Below, piece by piece: positions 25,319-39,012 of a stretch of DNA of 64,000 nucleotides; the stretch's first letter is position 1, and each line of letters opens with the position of its first letter. Origin of the DNA: the human T2T-CHM13v2.0 reference genome, Homo sapiens. The stretch lies in assembly GCF_009914755.1 (NCBI RefSeq), contig NC_060925.1; one strand, 5' to 3'. The notes beneath the pieces are model-generated. The model made no database searches. It saw only the letters and a list, made by a program, of their open reading frames with translations, and was not told where the DNA came from. The position numbers and the translations under genes are program-made.

Positions 25319-27686
25319 ATGAAATTGAAATGGATGGACTCATCATCGAATGGATTCGGATGGAATCATCGAATAAAATTGATTGAAATCATCATCGAAT
25401 GAAATCGAATGGTATCATTGAATGGAATCGAATGGAATCATCATCAGATGGAAATGAATGGAATCGTCATAGAATGGAATCGAATGGATTCATTGAATGG
25501 AATCAGATGGAATCATCGAATGGACTGGAATGGAATCATTGAATGGACTCGAAAGGGATCATGATTGAATGGAATTGAATGGAATCATCGAATGGTCTCG
25601 ATTGGAATCATTATTAAATGGAATCGAATGGAATCACCGAATAGAATCGAATGGAACAATCATCGAATGGACTCAAATGGAATTATCCTTAAATGGAATC
25701 GAATGGAATTATCGAATGCAATCGAATAGAATCATCGAATGGACTCGAATGGAATCATCGAATGGAATGGAATGGAACAGTCAATGAACTCGAATGGAAT
25801 CATCATTGAATGGAATCGAATGGAATCATCGAGTGGAATCGAATGGAATTATGATCAAATGGAATCGAATCTAATCATCATCAAATGGAATCAAAAATAA
25901 CCATCATCAATTGGTATTGAATGGAATTGTCATCAAATGGAATTCAAAGGAATCATCATCAAATGGAACCGAATGGAATCCTCATTGAATGGAAATGAAA
26001 GGGGTCATCATCTAATGGAATCGCATGGAATCATCATCAAATGGAATCGAATGGAATCATCATCAAATGGAATCTAATGGAATCATTGAACAGAATTGAA
26101 TGGAATCGTCATCGAATGAATTGAATGCAATCATCGAATGGTCTCGAATGGAATCATCTTCTAATGGAAAGGAATGGAATCATCGCTTAGAATCGAATGG
26201 AATTATCATCGAATGGAATCGAATGGTATCAACACCAAACGGAAAAAAACGGAATTATCGAATGGAATCGAAGAGAATCTTCGAACGGACCCGAATGGAA
26301 TCATCTAATGGAATGGAATGGAATAATCCATGGACTCGAATGCAATCATCATCGAATGGAATCGAATGGAATCATCGAATGGACTCGAATGGAATAATCA
26401 TTGAACGGAATCGAATGGAATCATCATCGGATGGAAACGAATGGAATCATCATCGAATGGAAATGAAAGGAGTCATCATCTAATGGAATTGCATGGAATC
26501 ATCATAAAATGGAATCGAATGGAATCAACATCAAATGGAATCAAATGGAATCATTGAACGGAATTGAATGGAATCGTCATCGAATGAATTGACTGCAATC
26601 ATCGAATGGTCTCGAATGTAATCACATTCTAATGGAAAGGAATGGAATCATCGCATAGAATCGAATGGAATTAACATTGAATGGACTCGAATGGAATCAA
26701 CATCAAACGGAATCAAGCGGAATTATCGAATGGAATCGAAGAGAATCATCGAATGGTCTCGAATGGAATCATCTTCTAATGGAAAGGAATGGAATCATCG
26801 CATAGAATCGAATGGAATTAACATTGAATGGACTCGAATGGAATCAACATCAAATGGAATCAAGCGGAATTATCGAATGAAATCGAAGAGAATCATCGAA
26901 TGGACTCGAATGGAATCATCTAATGGAATGGAATGGAATAATCCACGGACTCGAATGCAATCACCATCGTATAGAATCGAATGGAATCATCGAATGGACT
27001 CGAATGGAATAATCATTGAACGGAAGCGAATGGAATCATCATCGGATGGAAACGAATGGAATCATCATCGAATGGAAACGAAAGGAGTCATCATCTAATG
27101 GAATTGCATGGAATCATCATAAAATGGAATCGAATGGAATCAAAATCAAATGGAATCAAATGGAATCATTGAACGGAATTGAATGGAATCGTCATCGAAT
27201 GAATTGACTGCAATCATCGAATGGTCTCGAATGGAATCATCTTCAAATGGAATGGAATGGAATCATCGCATAGAATCGAATGGAATTATCATCGAATGGA
27301 ATCGAATGGAATCAACATCAAACGGAAAAAAACGGAATTATCGAATGGAATCGAAGAGAATCATCGAATGGACCCGAATGGAATCATCTAATGGAATGGA
27401 ATGGAATAATCCATGGACTCGAATGCAATCATCATCGAATGGAATCGAATGGAATCATCGAATGGACTCGAATGGAATAATCATTGAACGGAATCGAATG
27501 GAATCATCATCGGATGGAAATGAATGGAATCATCATCGAATGGAATCGAATAGAATTATGGAATGAAATCCAGTGTGATCATCATCGAATGGACCCGAAT
27601 GGAATCATCATCCAACGGAAGCTAATGGAATCAACATCGAATGAATCGAATGGAAACACCATCGAATTGAAACGAATGGAATTATC
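25319..27686 (+). repeat. Rearranged 2,368-bp monomer
   Basis: 2368 = 1776 - 23 (single 23-mer at 25701-25723) + 468 (extra variant sub-repeat) + 147 (internal duplication, ~26610-26900). Confidence 0.85.
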
Positions 27687-30600
27687 ATGAAATTGAAATG
27701 GATGGACTCATCATCGGATGGATTCGAATGGAATCATCGAATAAAATTGATTGAAATCATCATCCAATGGAATCGAATGGTATCATTGAATGGAATCGAA
27801 TGGAATCATCATCAGATGGAAATGAATGGAATCGTCATAGAATGGAATCGAATGGATTCATTGAATGGAATCAGATGGAATCATCGAATGGACTGGAATG
27901 GAATCATTGAATGGACTCGAAAGGGATCATGATTGAATGGAATTGAATGGAATCATCGAATGGTCTCGATTGGAATCATTATCAAATGGAATCGAATGGA
28001 ATCACCGAATAGAATCGAATGGAACAATCATCGAATGGACTCAAATGGAATTATCCTCAAATGGAATCGAATGGAATTATCGAATGCAATCGAATGGAAT
28101 TATCGAATGCAATCGAATAGAATCATCGAATGGACTCGAATGGAATCATCGAATGGAATGGAATGGAACAGTCAATGAACTCGAATGGAATCATCATTGA
28201 ATGGAATCGAATGGAATCATCGAGTGGAATCGAATGGAATTATGATCAAATGCAATCGAATGTAATCCTCATCAAATGGAATCAAAAATAACCATCATCA
28301 ATTGGTATTGAATGGAATTGTCATCAAATGGAATTCAAAGGAATCATCATCAAATGGAACCGAATGGAATCCTCATTGAATGGAAATGAAAGGGGTCATC
28401 ATCTAATGGAATCGCATGGAATCATCATCAAATGGAATCGAATGGAATCATCATCAAATGGAATCTAATGGAATCATTGAACAGAATTGAATGGAATCGT
28501 CATCGAATGAATTGAATGCAATCATCGAATGGTCTCGAATGGAATCATCTTCTAATGGAAAGGAATGGAATCATCGCATAGAATCGAATGGAATTATCAT
28601 CGAATGGAATCGAATGGTATCAACACCAAACGGAAAAAAACGGAATTATCGAATGGAATCGAAGAGAATCTTCGAACGGACCCGAATGGAATCATCTAAT
28701 GGAATGGAATGGAATAATCCATGGACTCGAATGCAATCATCATCGAATGGAATCGAATGGAATCATCGAATGGACTCGAATGGAATAATCATTGAACGGA
28801 ATCGAATGGAATCATCATCGGATGGAAACGAATGGAATCATCATCGAATGGAAATGAAAGGAGTCATCATCTAATGGAATTGCATGGAATCATCATAAAA
28901 TGGAATCGAATGGAATCAACATCAAATGGAATCAAATGGAATCATTGAACGGAATTGAATGGAATCGTCATCGAATGAATTGACTACAATCACCGAATGA
29001 TCTCGAATGGAATCATCTTCAAATGGAATGAAATGGAATCATCGCATAGAATCGAATGGAATTATCATCGAATGGAATCGAATGGAATCAACATCAAACG
29101 GAAAAAAACAGAATTATCGTATGGAATCGAAGAGAATCATCGAATGGACCCGAATGGAATCATCTAATGGAATGGAATGGAATAATCCATGGACTCGAAT
29201 GCAATCATCATCGAATGGAATCGAATGGAATCATCGAATGGACTCGAATGGAATAATCATTGAACGGAATCGAATGGAATCATCATCGGATGGAAATGAA
29301 TGGAATCATCATCGAATGGAATGGAATAGAATTATGGAATGAAATCCAGTGTGATCATCATCGAATGGACCCGAATGGAATCATCATCCAACGGAAGCTA
29401 ATGGAATCAACATCGAATGAATCGAATGGAAACACCATCGAATTGAACCGAATGGAATTATCATGAAATTGAAATGGATGGACTCATCATCGAATGGATT
29501 CGAATGGAATCATCGAATAAAATTGATTGAAATCATCATCGAATGGAATCGAATGGTATCATTGAATGGAATCGAATGGAATCATCATCAGATGGAAATG
29601 AATGGAATCGTCATAGAATGGAATCGAATGGATTCATTGAATGGAATCAGATGGAATCATCGAATGGACTGGAATGGAATCATTGAATGGACTCGAAAGG
29701 GATCATTATTGAATGGAATTGAATGGAATCATCGAATGGTCTCGATTGGAATCATTATCAAATGGAATCGAATGGAATCACCGAATAGAATCGAATGGAA
29801 CAATCATCGAATGGACTCAAATGGAATTATCCTCAAATGGAATGGAATGGAATTATCGAATGCAATCGAATGGAATTATCGAATGCAATCGAATAGAATC
29901 ATCGAATGGACTCGAATGGAATCATCGAATGGAATGGAATGGAACAGTCAATGAACTCGAATGGAATCATCATTGAATGGAATCGAATGGAATCATCGAG
30001 TGGAATCGAATGGAATTATGATCAAATGGAATCGAATGTAATCATCATCAAATGGAATCAAAAATAACCATCATCAATTGGTATTGAATGGAATTGTCAT
30101 CAAATGGAATTCAAAGGAATCATCATCAAATGGAACCGAATGGAATCCTCATTGAATGGAAATGAAAGGGGTCATCATCTAATGGCATCGCATGGAATCA
30201 TCATCAAATGGAATCGAATGGAATCATCATCAAATGGAATCTAATGGAATCATTGAACAGAATTGAATGGAATGGTCATCGAATGAATTGAATGCAATCA
30301 TCGAATGGTCTCGAATGGAATCATCTTATAATGGAAAGGAATGGAATCATCGCATAGAATCGATTGGAATTATCATCGAATGGAATCGAATGGTATCAAC
30401 ACCAAACGGAAAAAAACGGAATTATCGAATGGAATCGAAGAGAATCTTCGAACGGACCCGAATGGAATCATCTAATGGAATGGAATGGAATAATCCATGG
30501 ACTCGAATGCAATCATCATCGAATGGAATCGAATGGAATCATCGAATGGACTCGAATGGAATAATCATTGAACGGAATCGAATGGAATCATCATCGGATG

Positions 30601-30735
30601 GAAACGAATGGAATCATCATCGAATGGAAATGAAAGGAGTCATCATCTAATGGAATTGCATGGAATCATCATAAAATGGAATCGAATGGAATCAACATCA
30701 AATGGAATCAAATGGAATCATTGAACGGAATTGAA

Positions 30736-33700
30736 TGGAATCGTCATCGAATGAATTGACTGCAATCATCCAATGGTCTCGAATGGAATCATCTTCAAAT
30801 GGAATGGAATGGAATCATCGCATAGAATCGAATGGAATTATCATCGAATGGAATCGAATGGAATCAACATCAAACGGAAAAAAACGGAATTATCGAATGG
30901 AATCGAAGAGAATCATCGAATGGACCCGAATGGAATCATCTAATGGAATGGAATGGAATAATCCATGGACTCGAATGCAATCATCATCGAATGGAATCGA
31001 ATGGAATCATCCAATGGACTCGAATGGAATAATCATTGAACGGAATTGAATGGAATCATCATCGGATGGAAATGAATGGAATCATCATCAAATGGAATCG
31101 AATAGAATTATGGAATGAAATCCAGTGTGATCATCATCGAATGGACCCGAATGGAATCATCATCCAACGGAAGCTAATGGAATCAACATCGAATGAATCA
31201 AATGGAAACACCATCGAATTGAAACGAATGGAATTATCATGAAATTGAAATGGATGGACTCATCATCGAATGGATTCGAATGGAATCATCGAATAAAATT
31301 GATTGAAATCATCATCGAATGGAATCGAATGGTATCATTGAATGGAATCGAATGGAATCATCATCAGATGGAAATGAATGGAATCGTCATAGAATGGAAT
31401 CGAATGGATTCATTGAATGGAATCAGATGGAATCATCGAATGGACTGGAATGGAATCATTGAATGGACTCGAAAGGGATCATTATTGAATGGAATTGAAT
31501 GGAATCATCGAATGGTCTCGATTGGAATCATTATCAAATGGAATCGAATGGAATCACCGAATAGAATCGAATGGAACAATCATCGAATGGACTCAAATGG
31601 AATTATCCTCCAATGGAATGGAATGGAATTATCGAATGCAATCGAATGGAATTATCGAATGCAATCGAATAGAATCATCGAATGGACTCGAATGGAATCA
31701 TCGAACGGAATGGAATGGAACAGTCAATGAACTCGAATGGAATCATCATTGAATGGAATCGAATGGAATCATCGAGTGGAATCGAATGGAATTATGATCA
31801 AATGGAATCGAATGTAATCATCATCAAATGGAATCAAAAATAACCATCATCAATTGGTATTGAATGGAATTGTCATCAAATGGAATTCAAAGGAATCATC
31901 ATCAAATGGAACCGAATGGAATCCTCATTGAATGGAAATGAAAGGGGTCATCATCTAATGGAATCGCATGGAATCATCATCAAATGGAATCGAATGGAAT
32001 CACCATCAAATGGAATCTAATGGAATCATTCAACAGAATTGAATGGAATCGTCATCGAATGAATTGAATGCAATCATCGAATGGTCTCGAATGGATTCAT
32101 CTTCTAATGAAAAGGAATGGAATCATCGCATAGAATCGAATGGAATTATCATCGAATGGAATCGAATGGTATCAACACCAAACGGAAAAAAACGGAATTA
32201 TCGAATGGAATCGAAGAGAATCTTCGAACGGACCCGAATGGAATCATCTAATGGAATGGAATGGAATAATCCATGGACTCGAATGCAATCATCATCGAAT
32301 GGAATCGAATGGAATCATCGAATGGACTCGAATGGAATAATCATTGAACGGAATCGATTGGAATCATCATCGGATGGAAACGAATGGAATCATCATCGAA
32401 TGGAAATGAAAGGAGTCATCATCTAATGGAATTGCATGGAATCATCATAAAATGGAATCGAATGGAATCAACATCAAATGGAATCAAATGGAATCATTGA
32501 ACGGAATTGAATGGAATCGTCATCGAATGAATTGACTGCAATCATCCAATGGTCTCGAATGGAATCATCTTCAAATGGAATGGAATGGAATCATCGCATA
32601 GAATCGAATGGAATTATCATCGAATGGAATCGAATGGAATCAACATCCAACGGAAAAAAACGGAATTATCGAATGGAATTGAAGAGAATCATCGAATGGA
32701 CCCGAATGGAATCATGTAATGGAATGGAATGGAATAATCCATGGACTCGAATGCAATCATCATCGAATGGAATCGAATGGAATCATCGAATGGACTCGAA
32801 TGGAATAATCATTGAACGGAATCGAATGGAATCATCATCGGATGGAAATGAATGGAATCATCATCGAATGGAATCGAATAGAATTATGGAATGAAATCCA
32901 GTGTGATCATCATCGAATGGACCCGAATGGAATCATCATCCAACGGAAGCTAATGGAATCAACATCGAATGAATCAAATGGAAACACCATCGAATTGAAA
33001 CGAATGGAATTATCATGAAATTGAAATGGATGGACTCATCGTCGAATGGATTCGAATGGAATCATCGAATAAAATTGATTGAAATCATCATCGAATGGAA
33101 TCGAATGGTATCATTGAATGGAATCGAATGGAATCATCATCAGATGGAAATGAATGGAATCGTCATAGAATGGAATCGAATGGATTTATTGAATGGAATC
33201 AGATGGAATCATCGAATGGACTGGAATGGAATCATTGAATGGACTCGAAAGGGATCATGATTGAATGGAATTGAATGGAATCATCGAATGGTCTCGATTG
33301 GAATCATTATCAAATGGAATCGAATGGAATCACCGAATAGAATCGAATGGAACAATCATCGAATGGACTCAAATGGAATTATCCTCAAATGGAATCGAAT
33401 GGAATTATCGAATGCAATCGAATGGAATTATCGAATGCAATCGAATAGAATCATCGAATGGACTCGAATGGAATCATCGAATGGAATGGAATGGAACAGT
33501 CAATGAACTCGAATGGAATCATCATTGAATGGAATCGAATGGAATCATCGAGTGGAATCGAATGGAATTATGATCAAATGGAATCGAATGTAATCATCAT
33601 CAAATGGAATCAAAAATAACCATCATCAATTGGTATTGAATGGAATTGTCATCAAATGGAATTCAAAGGAATCATCATCAAATGGAACCGAATGGAATCC

Positions 33701-34090
33701 TCATTGAATGGAAATGAAAGGGGTCATCATCTAATGGAATCGCATGGAATCATCATAAAATGGAATCGAATGAAATCAACATCAAATGGAATCAAATGGA
33801 ATCATTGAACGGAATTGAATGGAATCGTCATCGAATGAATTGGATGCAATCATCGAATGGTCTCGAATGGAATCTTCTTCAAATGGAATGGAATGGAATC
33901 ATCGCATAGAATCGAATGGAATTATCATCGAATTTAATGGAATGGAATCAACATCAAACGGAAAAAAACGGAATTATCGAATGGAATCGAAGAGAATCAT
34001 CGAATGGACCCGAATGGAATCATCTAATGGAATGGAATGGAATAATCCATGGACTCGAATGCAATCATCATCGAATGGAATCGAATGGAA
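30736..34090 (+). repeat. Copy 2 of the 9,596-bp-offset duplication
   Basis: Carries the same private variants as ~21140-24495. Confidence 0.88.
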
Positions 34091-35928
34091 TCATCGAATG
34101 GAGTCGAATGGAATAATCATTGAACGGAATCGATTGGAATCATCATCGGATGGAAACGAATGGAATCATCATCGAATGGAAATGAAAGGAGTCATCATCT
34201 AATGGAATTGCATGGAATCATCATAAAATGGAATCGAATGGAATCAACATCAAATGGAATCAAATGGAATCATTGAATGGAATTGAATGGAATCGTCATC
34301 GAATGAATTGACTGCAATCATCGAATGGTCTCGAATGGAATCATCTTCTAATGGAAAGGAATGGAATCATCGCATAGAATCGAATGGAATTATCATCGAA
34401 TGGAATCGAATGGTATCAACACCAAACGGAAAAAAACGGAATTATCGAATGGAATCGAAGAGAATCTTCGAACGGACCCGAATGGAATCATCTAATGGAA
34501 TGGAATGGAATAATCCATGGACTCGAATGCAATCATCATCGAATGGAATCGAATGGAATCATCGAATGGACTCGAATGGAATAATCATTGAACGGAATCG
34601 AATGGAATCATCATCGGATGGAAACGAATGGAATCATCGAATGAACTCGAATGGAATCATCATTGAATGGAATCGAATGGAATCATCGAGTGGAATCGAA
34701 TGGAATTATGATCAAATGGAATCGAATCTAATCATCATCAAATGGAATCAAAAATAACCATCATCAATTGGTATTGAATGGAATTGTCATCAAATGGAAT
34801 TCAAAGGAATCATCATCAAATGGAACCGAATGGAATCCTCAATGAATGGAAATGAAAGGGGTCATCATCTAATGGAATCGCATGGAATCATCATCAAATG
34901 GAATCGAATGGAATCATCATCAAATGGAATCTAATGGAATCATTGAACAGAATTGAATGGAATCGTCATCGAATGAATTGAATGCAATCATCGAATGGTC
35001 TCGAATGGAATCATCTTCTAATGGAAAGGAATGGAATCATCGCATAGAATCGAATGGAATTATCATCGAATGGAATCGAATGGTATCAACACCAAACGGA
35101 AAAAAACGGAATTATCGAATGGAATCGAAGAGAATCTTCGAACGGACCCGAATGGAATCATCTAATGGAATGGAATGGAATAATCCATGGACTCGAATGC
35201 AATCATCATCGAATGGAATCGAATGGAATCATCGAATGGACTCGAATGGAATAATCATTGAACGGAATCGAATGGAATCATCATCGGATGGAAACGAATG
35301 GAATCATCATCGAATGGAAATGAAAGGAGTCATCATCTAATGGAATTGCATGGAATCATCATAAAATGGAATCGAATGGAATCAACATCAAATGGAATCA
35401 AATGGAATCATTGAATGGAATTGAATGGAATCGTCATCGAATGAATTGACTGCAATCATCGAATGGTCTCGAATGGAATCATCTTCAAATGGAATGGAAT
35501 GGAATCATCGCATAGAATCGAATGGAATTATCATCGAATGGAATCGAATGGAATCAACATCAAACGGAAAAAAACAGAATTATCGTATGGAATCGAAGAG
35601 AATCATCGAGTGGACCCGAATGGAATCATCTAATGGAATGGAATGGAATAATCCATGGACTCGAATGCAATCATCATCGAATGGAATCGAATGGAATCAT
35701 CGAATGGACTCGAATGGAATAATCATTGAACGGAATCGAATGGAATCATCATCGGATGGAAATGAATGGAATCATCATCGAATGGAATCGAATAGAATTA
35801 TGGAATGAAATCCAGTGTGATCATCATCGAATGGACCCGAATGGAATCATCATCCAACGGAAGCTAATGGAATCAACATCGAATGAATCGAATGGAAACA
35901 CCATCGAATTGAAACGAATGGAATTATC
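33015..35928 (+). repeat. Rearranged 2,914-bp monomer (four sub-repeats, two EcoRI blocks)
   Basis: Sub-repeat ORF starts at 33819, 34287, 34957 and 35425. Junction to 'aatgaactcg' at ~34640. 2914 = 1776 + 468 + 670. Confidence 0.85.
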
Positions 35929-37704
35929 ATGAAATTGAAATGGATGGACTCATCATCGAATGGATTCGAATGGAATCATCGAATAAAATTGATTGAAATC
36001 ATCATCCAATGGAATCGAATGGTATCATTGAATGGAATCGAATGGAATCATCATCAGATGGAAATGAATGGAATCGTCATAGAATGGAATCGAATGGATT
36101 CATTGAATGGAATCAGATGGAATCATCGAATGGACTGGAATGGAATCATTGAATGGACTCGAAAGGGATCATGATTGAATGGAATTGAATGGAATCATCG
36201 AATGGTCTCGATTGGAATCATTATCAAATGGAATCGAATGGAATCATCGAATAGAATCGAATGGAACAATCATCGAATGGACTCAAATGGAATTATCCTC
36301 AAATGGAATCGAATGGAATTATCGAATGCAATCGAATGGAATTATCGAATGCAATCGAATAGAATCATCGAATGGACTCGAATGGAATCATCGAATGGAA
36401 TGGAATGGAACAGTCAATGAACACGAATGGAATCATCATTGAATGGAATCTAATGGAATCATCGAGTGGAATCGAATGGAATTATGATCAAATGGAATCG
36501 AATGTAATCATCATCAAATGGAATCAAAAATAACGATCATCAATTGCTATTGAATGGAATTGTCATCAAATGGAATTCAAAGGAATCATCATCAAATGGA
36601 ACCGAATGGAATCCTCATTGAATGGAAATGAAAGGGGTCATCATCTAATGGAATCGCATGGAATCATCATCAAATGGAATCGAATGGAATCATCATCAAA
36701 TGGAATCTAATGGAATCATTGAACAGAATTGAATGGAATCGTCATCGAATGAATTGAATGCAATCATCGAATGGTCTCGAATGGAATCATCTTCTAATGG
36801 AAAGGAATGGAATCATCGCATAGAATTGAATGGAATTATCATCGAATGGAATCGAATGGTATCAACACCAAACGGAAAAAAACGGAATTATCGAATGGAA
36901 TCGAAGAGAATCTTCGAACGGACCCGAATGGAATCATCTAATGGAATGGAATGGAATAATCCATGGACTCGAATGCAATCATCATCGAATGGAATCGAAT
37001 GGAATCATCGAATGGACTCGAATGGAATAATCATTGAACGGAATCGAATGGAATCATTATCAGATGGAAACGAATGGAATCATCATCGAATGGAAATGAA
37101 AGGAGTCATCATCTAATGGAATTGCATGGAATCATCATCAAATGGAATCGAATGGAATCAACATCAAATGGAATCAAATGGAATCATTGAACGGAATTGA
37201 ATGGAATCGTCATCGAATGAATTGACTGCAATCATCGAATGGTCTCGAATGGAATCATCTTCTAATGGAATGGAATGGAATCATCGCATAGAATCGAATG
37301 GAATTATCATCGAATGGAATCGAATGGAATCAACATCAAACGGAAAAAAACGGAATTATCGTATGGAATCGAAGAGAATCATCGAATGGACCCGAATGGA
37401 ATCATCTAATGGAATGGAATGGAATAATCCATGGACTCGAATGCAATCATCATCGAATGGATTCGAATGGAATCATCGAATGGACTCGAATGGAATAATC
37501 ATTGAACGGAATAGAATGGAATCATCATCGGATGGAAATGAATGGAATCATCATCGAATGGAATCGAATAGAATTATGGAATGAAATCCAGTGTGATCAT
37601 CATCGAATGGACCCGAATGGAATCATCATCCAACGGAAGCTAATGGAATCAACATCGAATGAATCGAATGGAAACACCATCGAATTGAAACGAATGGAAT
37701 TATC

Positions 37705-39012
37705 ATGAAATTGAAATGGATGGACTCATCATCGAATGGATTCGAATGGAATCATCGAATAAAATTGATTGAAATCATCATCGAATGGAATCGAATGGTA
37801 TCATTGAATGGAATCGAATGGAATCATCATCAGATGGAAATGAATGGAATCGTCATAGAATGGAATCGAATGGATTCATTGAATGGAATCAGATGGAATC
37901 ATCGAATGGACTGGAATGGAATCATTGAATGGACTCGAAAGGGATCATGATTGAATGGAATTGAATGGAATCATCGAATGGTCTCGATTGGAATCATTAT
38001 CAAATGGAATCGAATGGAATCACCGAATAGAATCGAATGGAACAATCATCGAATGGACTCAAATGGAATTATCCTCAAATGGAATCGAATGGAATTATCG
38101 AATGCAATCGAATGGAATTATCGAATGCAATCGAATAGAATCATCGAATGGACTCGAATGGAATCATCGAATGGAATGGAATGGAACAGTCAATGAACTC
38201 GAATGGAATCATCATTGAATGGAATCGAATGGAATCATCGAGTGGAACCGAATGGAATTATGATCAAATGGAATCGAATGTAATCATCATCAAATGGAAT
38301 CAAAAATAACCATCATCAATTGCTATTGAATGGAATTCTCATCAAATGGAATTCAAAGGAATCATCATCAAATGGAACCGAATGGAATCCTCATTGAATG
38401 GAAATGAAAGGGGTCATCATCTAATGGAATCGCAAGGAATCATCATAAAATGGAATCGAATGGAATCAACATCAAATGGAATCAAATGGAATCATTGAAC
38501 GGAATTGAATGGAATCGTCATCGAATGAATTGACTACAATCACCGAATGGTCTCGAATGGAAACATCTTCAAATGGAATGGAATGGAATCATCGCATAGA
38601 ATCGAATGGAATTATCATCGAATGGAATCGAATGGTATCAACATCAAACGGAAAAAAACGGAATTATCGAATCGAATCGAAGAGAATCTTCGAACGGACC
38701 CGAATGGAATCATCTAATGGAATGGAATGGAATAATCCATAGACTCGAATGCAATCATCATCGAATGGAATCGAATGGAATCATCGAATGGACTTGAATG
38801 GAATAATCATTGAACGGAATCGAATGGAATCATCATCGGATGGAAACGAATGGAATCATCATCGAATGGAATCGAATAGAATTATGGAATGAAATCCAGT
38901 GTCATCATCATCGAATGGACCCGAATGGAATCATCATCCAATGGAAGTTAATGGAATCAACATCGAATGAATCGAATGGAAACACCATCGAATTGAAACG
39001 AATGGAATTACC
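37705..39012 (+). repeat. 1,308-bp short monomer with a mosaic B/A/B sub-repeat and elevated divergence
   Basis: Anchor spacing 1308. B-type start (tgactacaatcacc), A-type middle (ggtatc, atcttcgaacgg), many private substitutions at 38430-39130. Confidence 0.85.
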
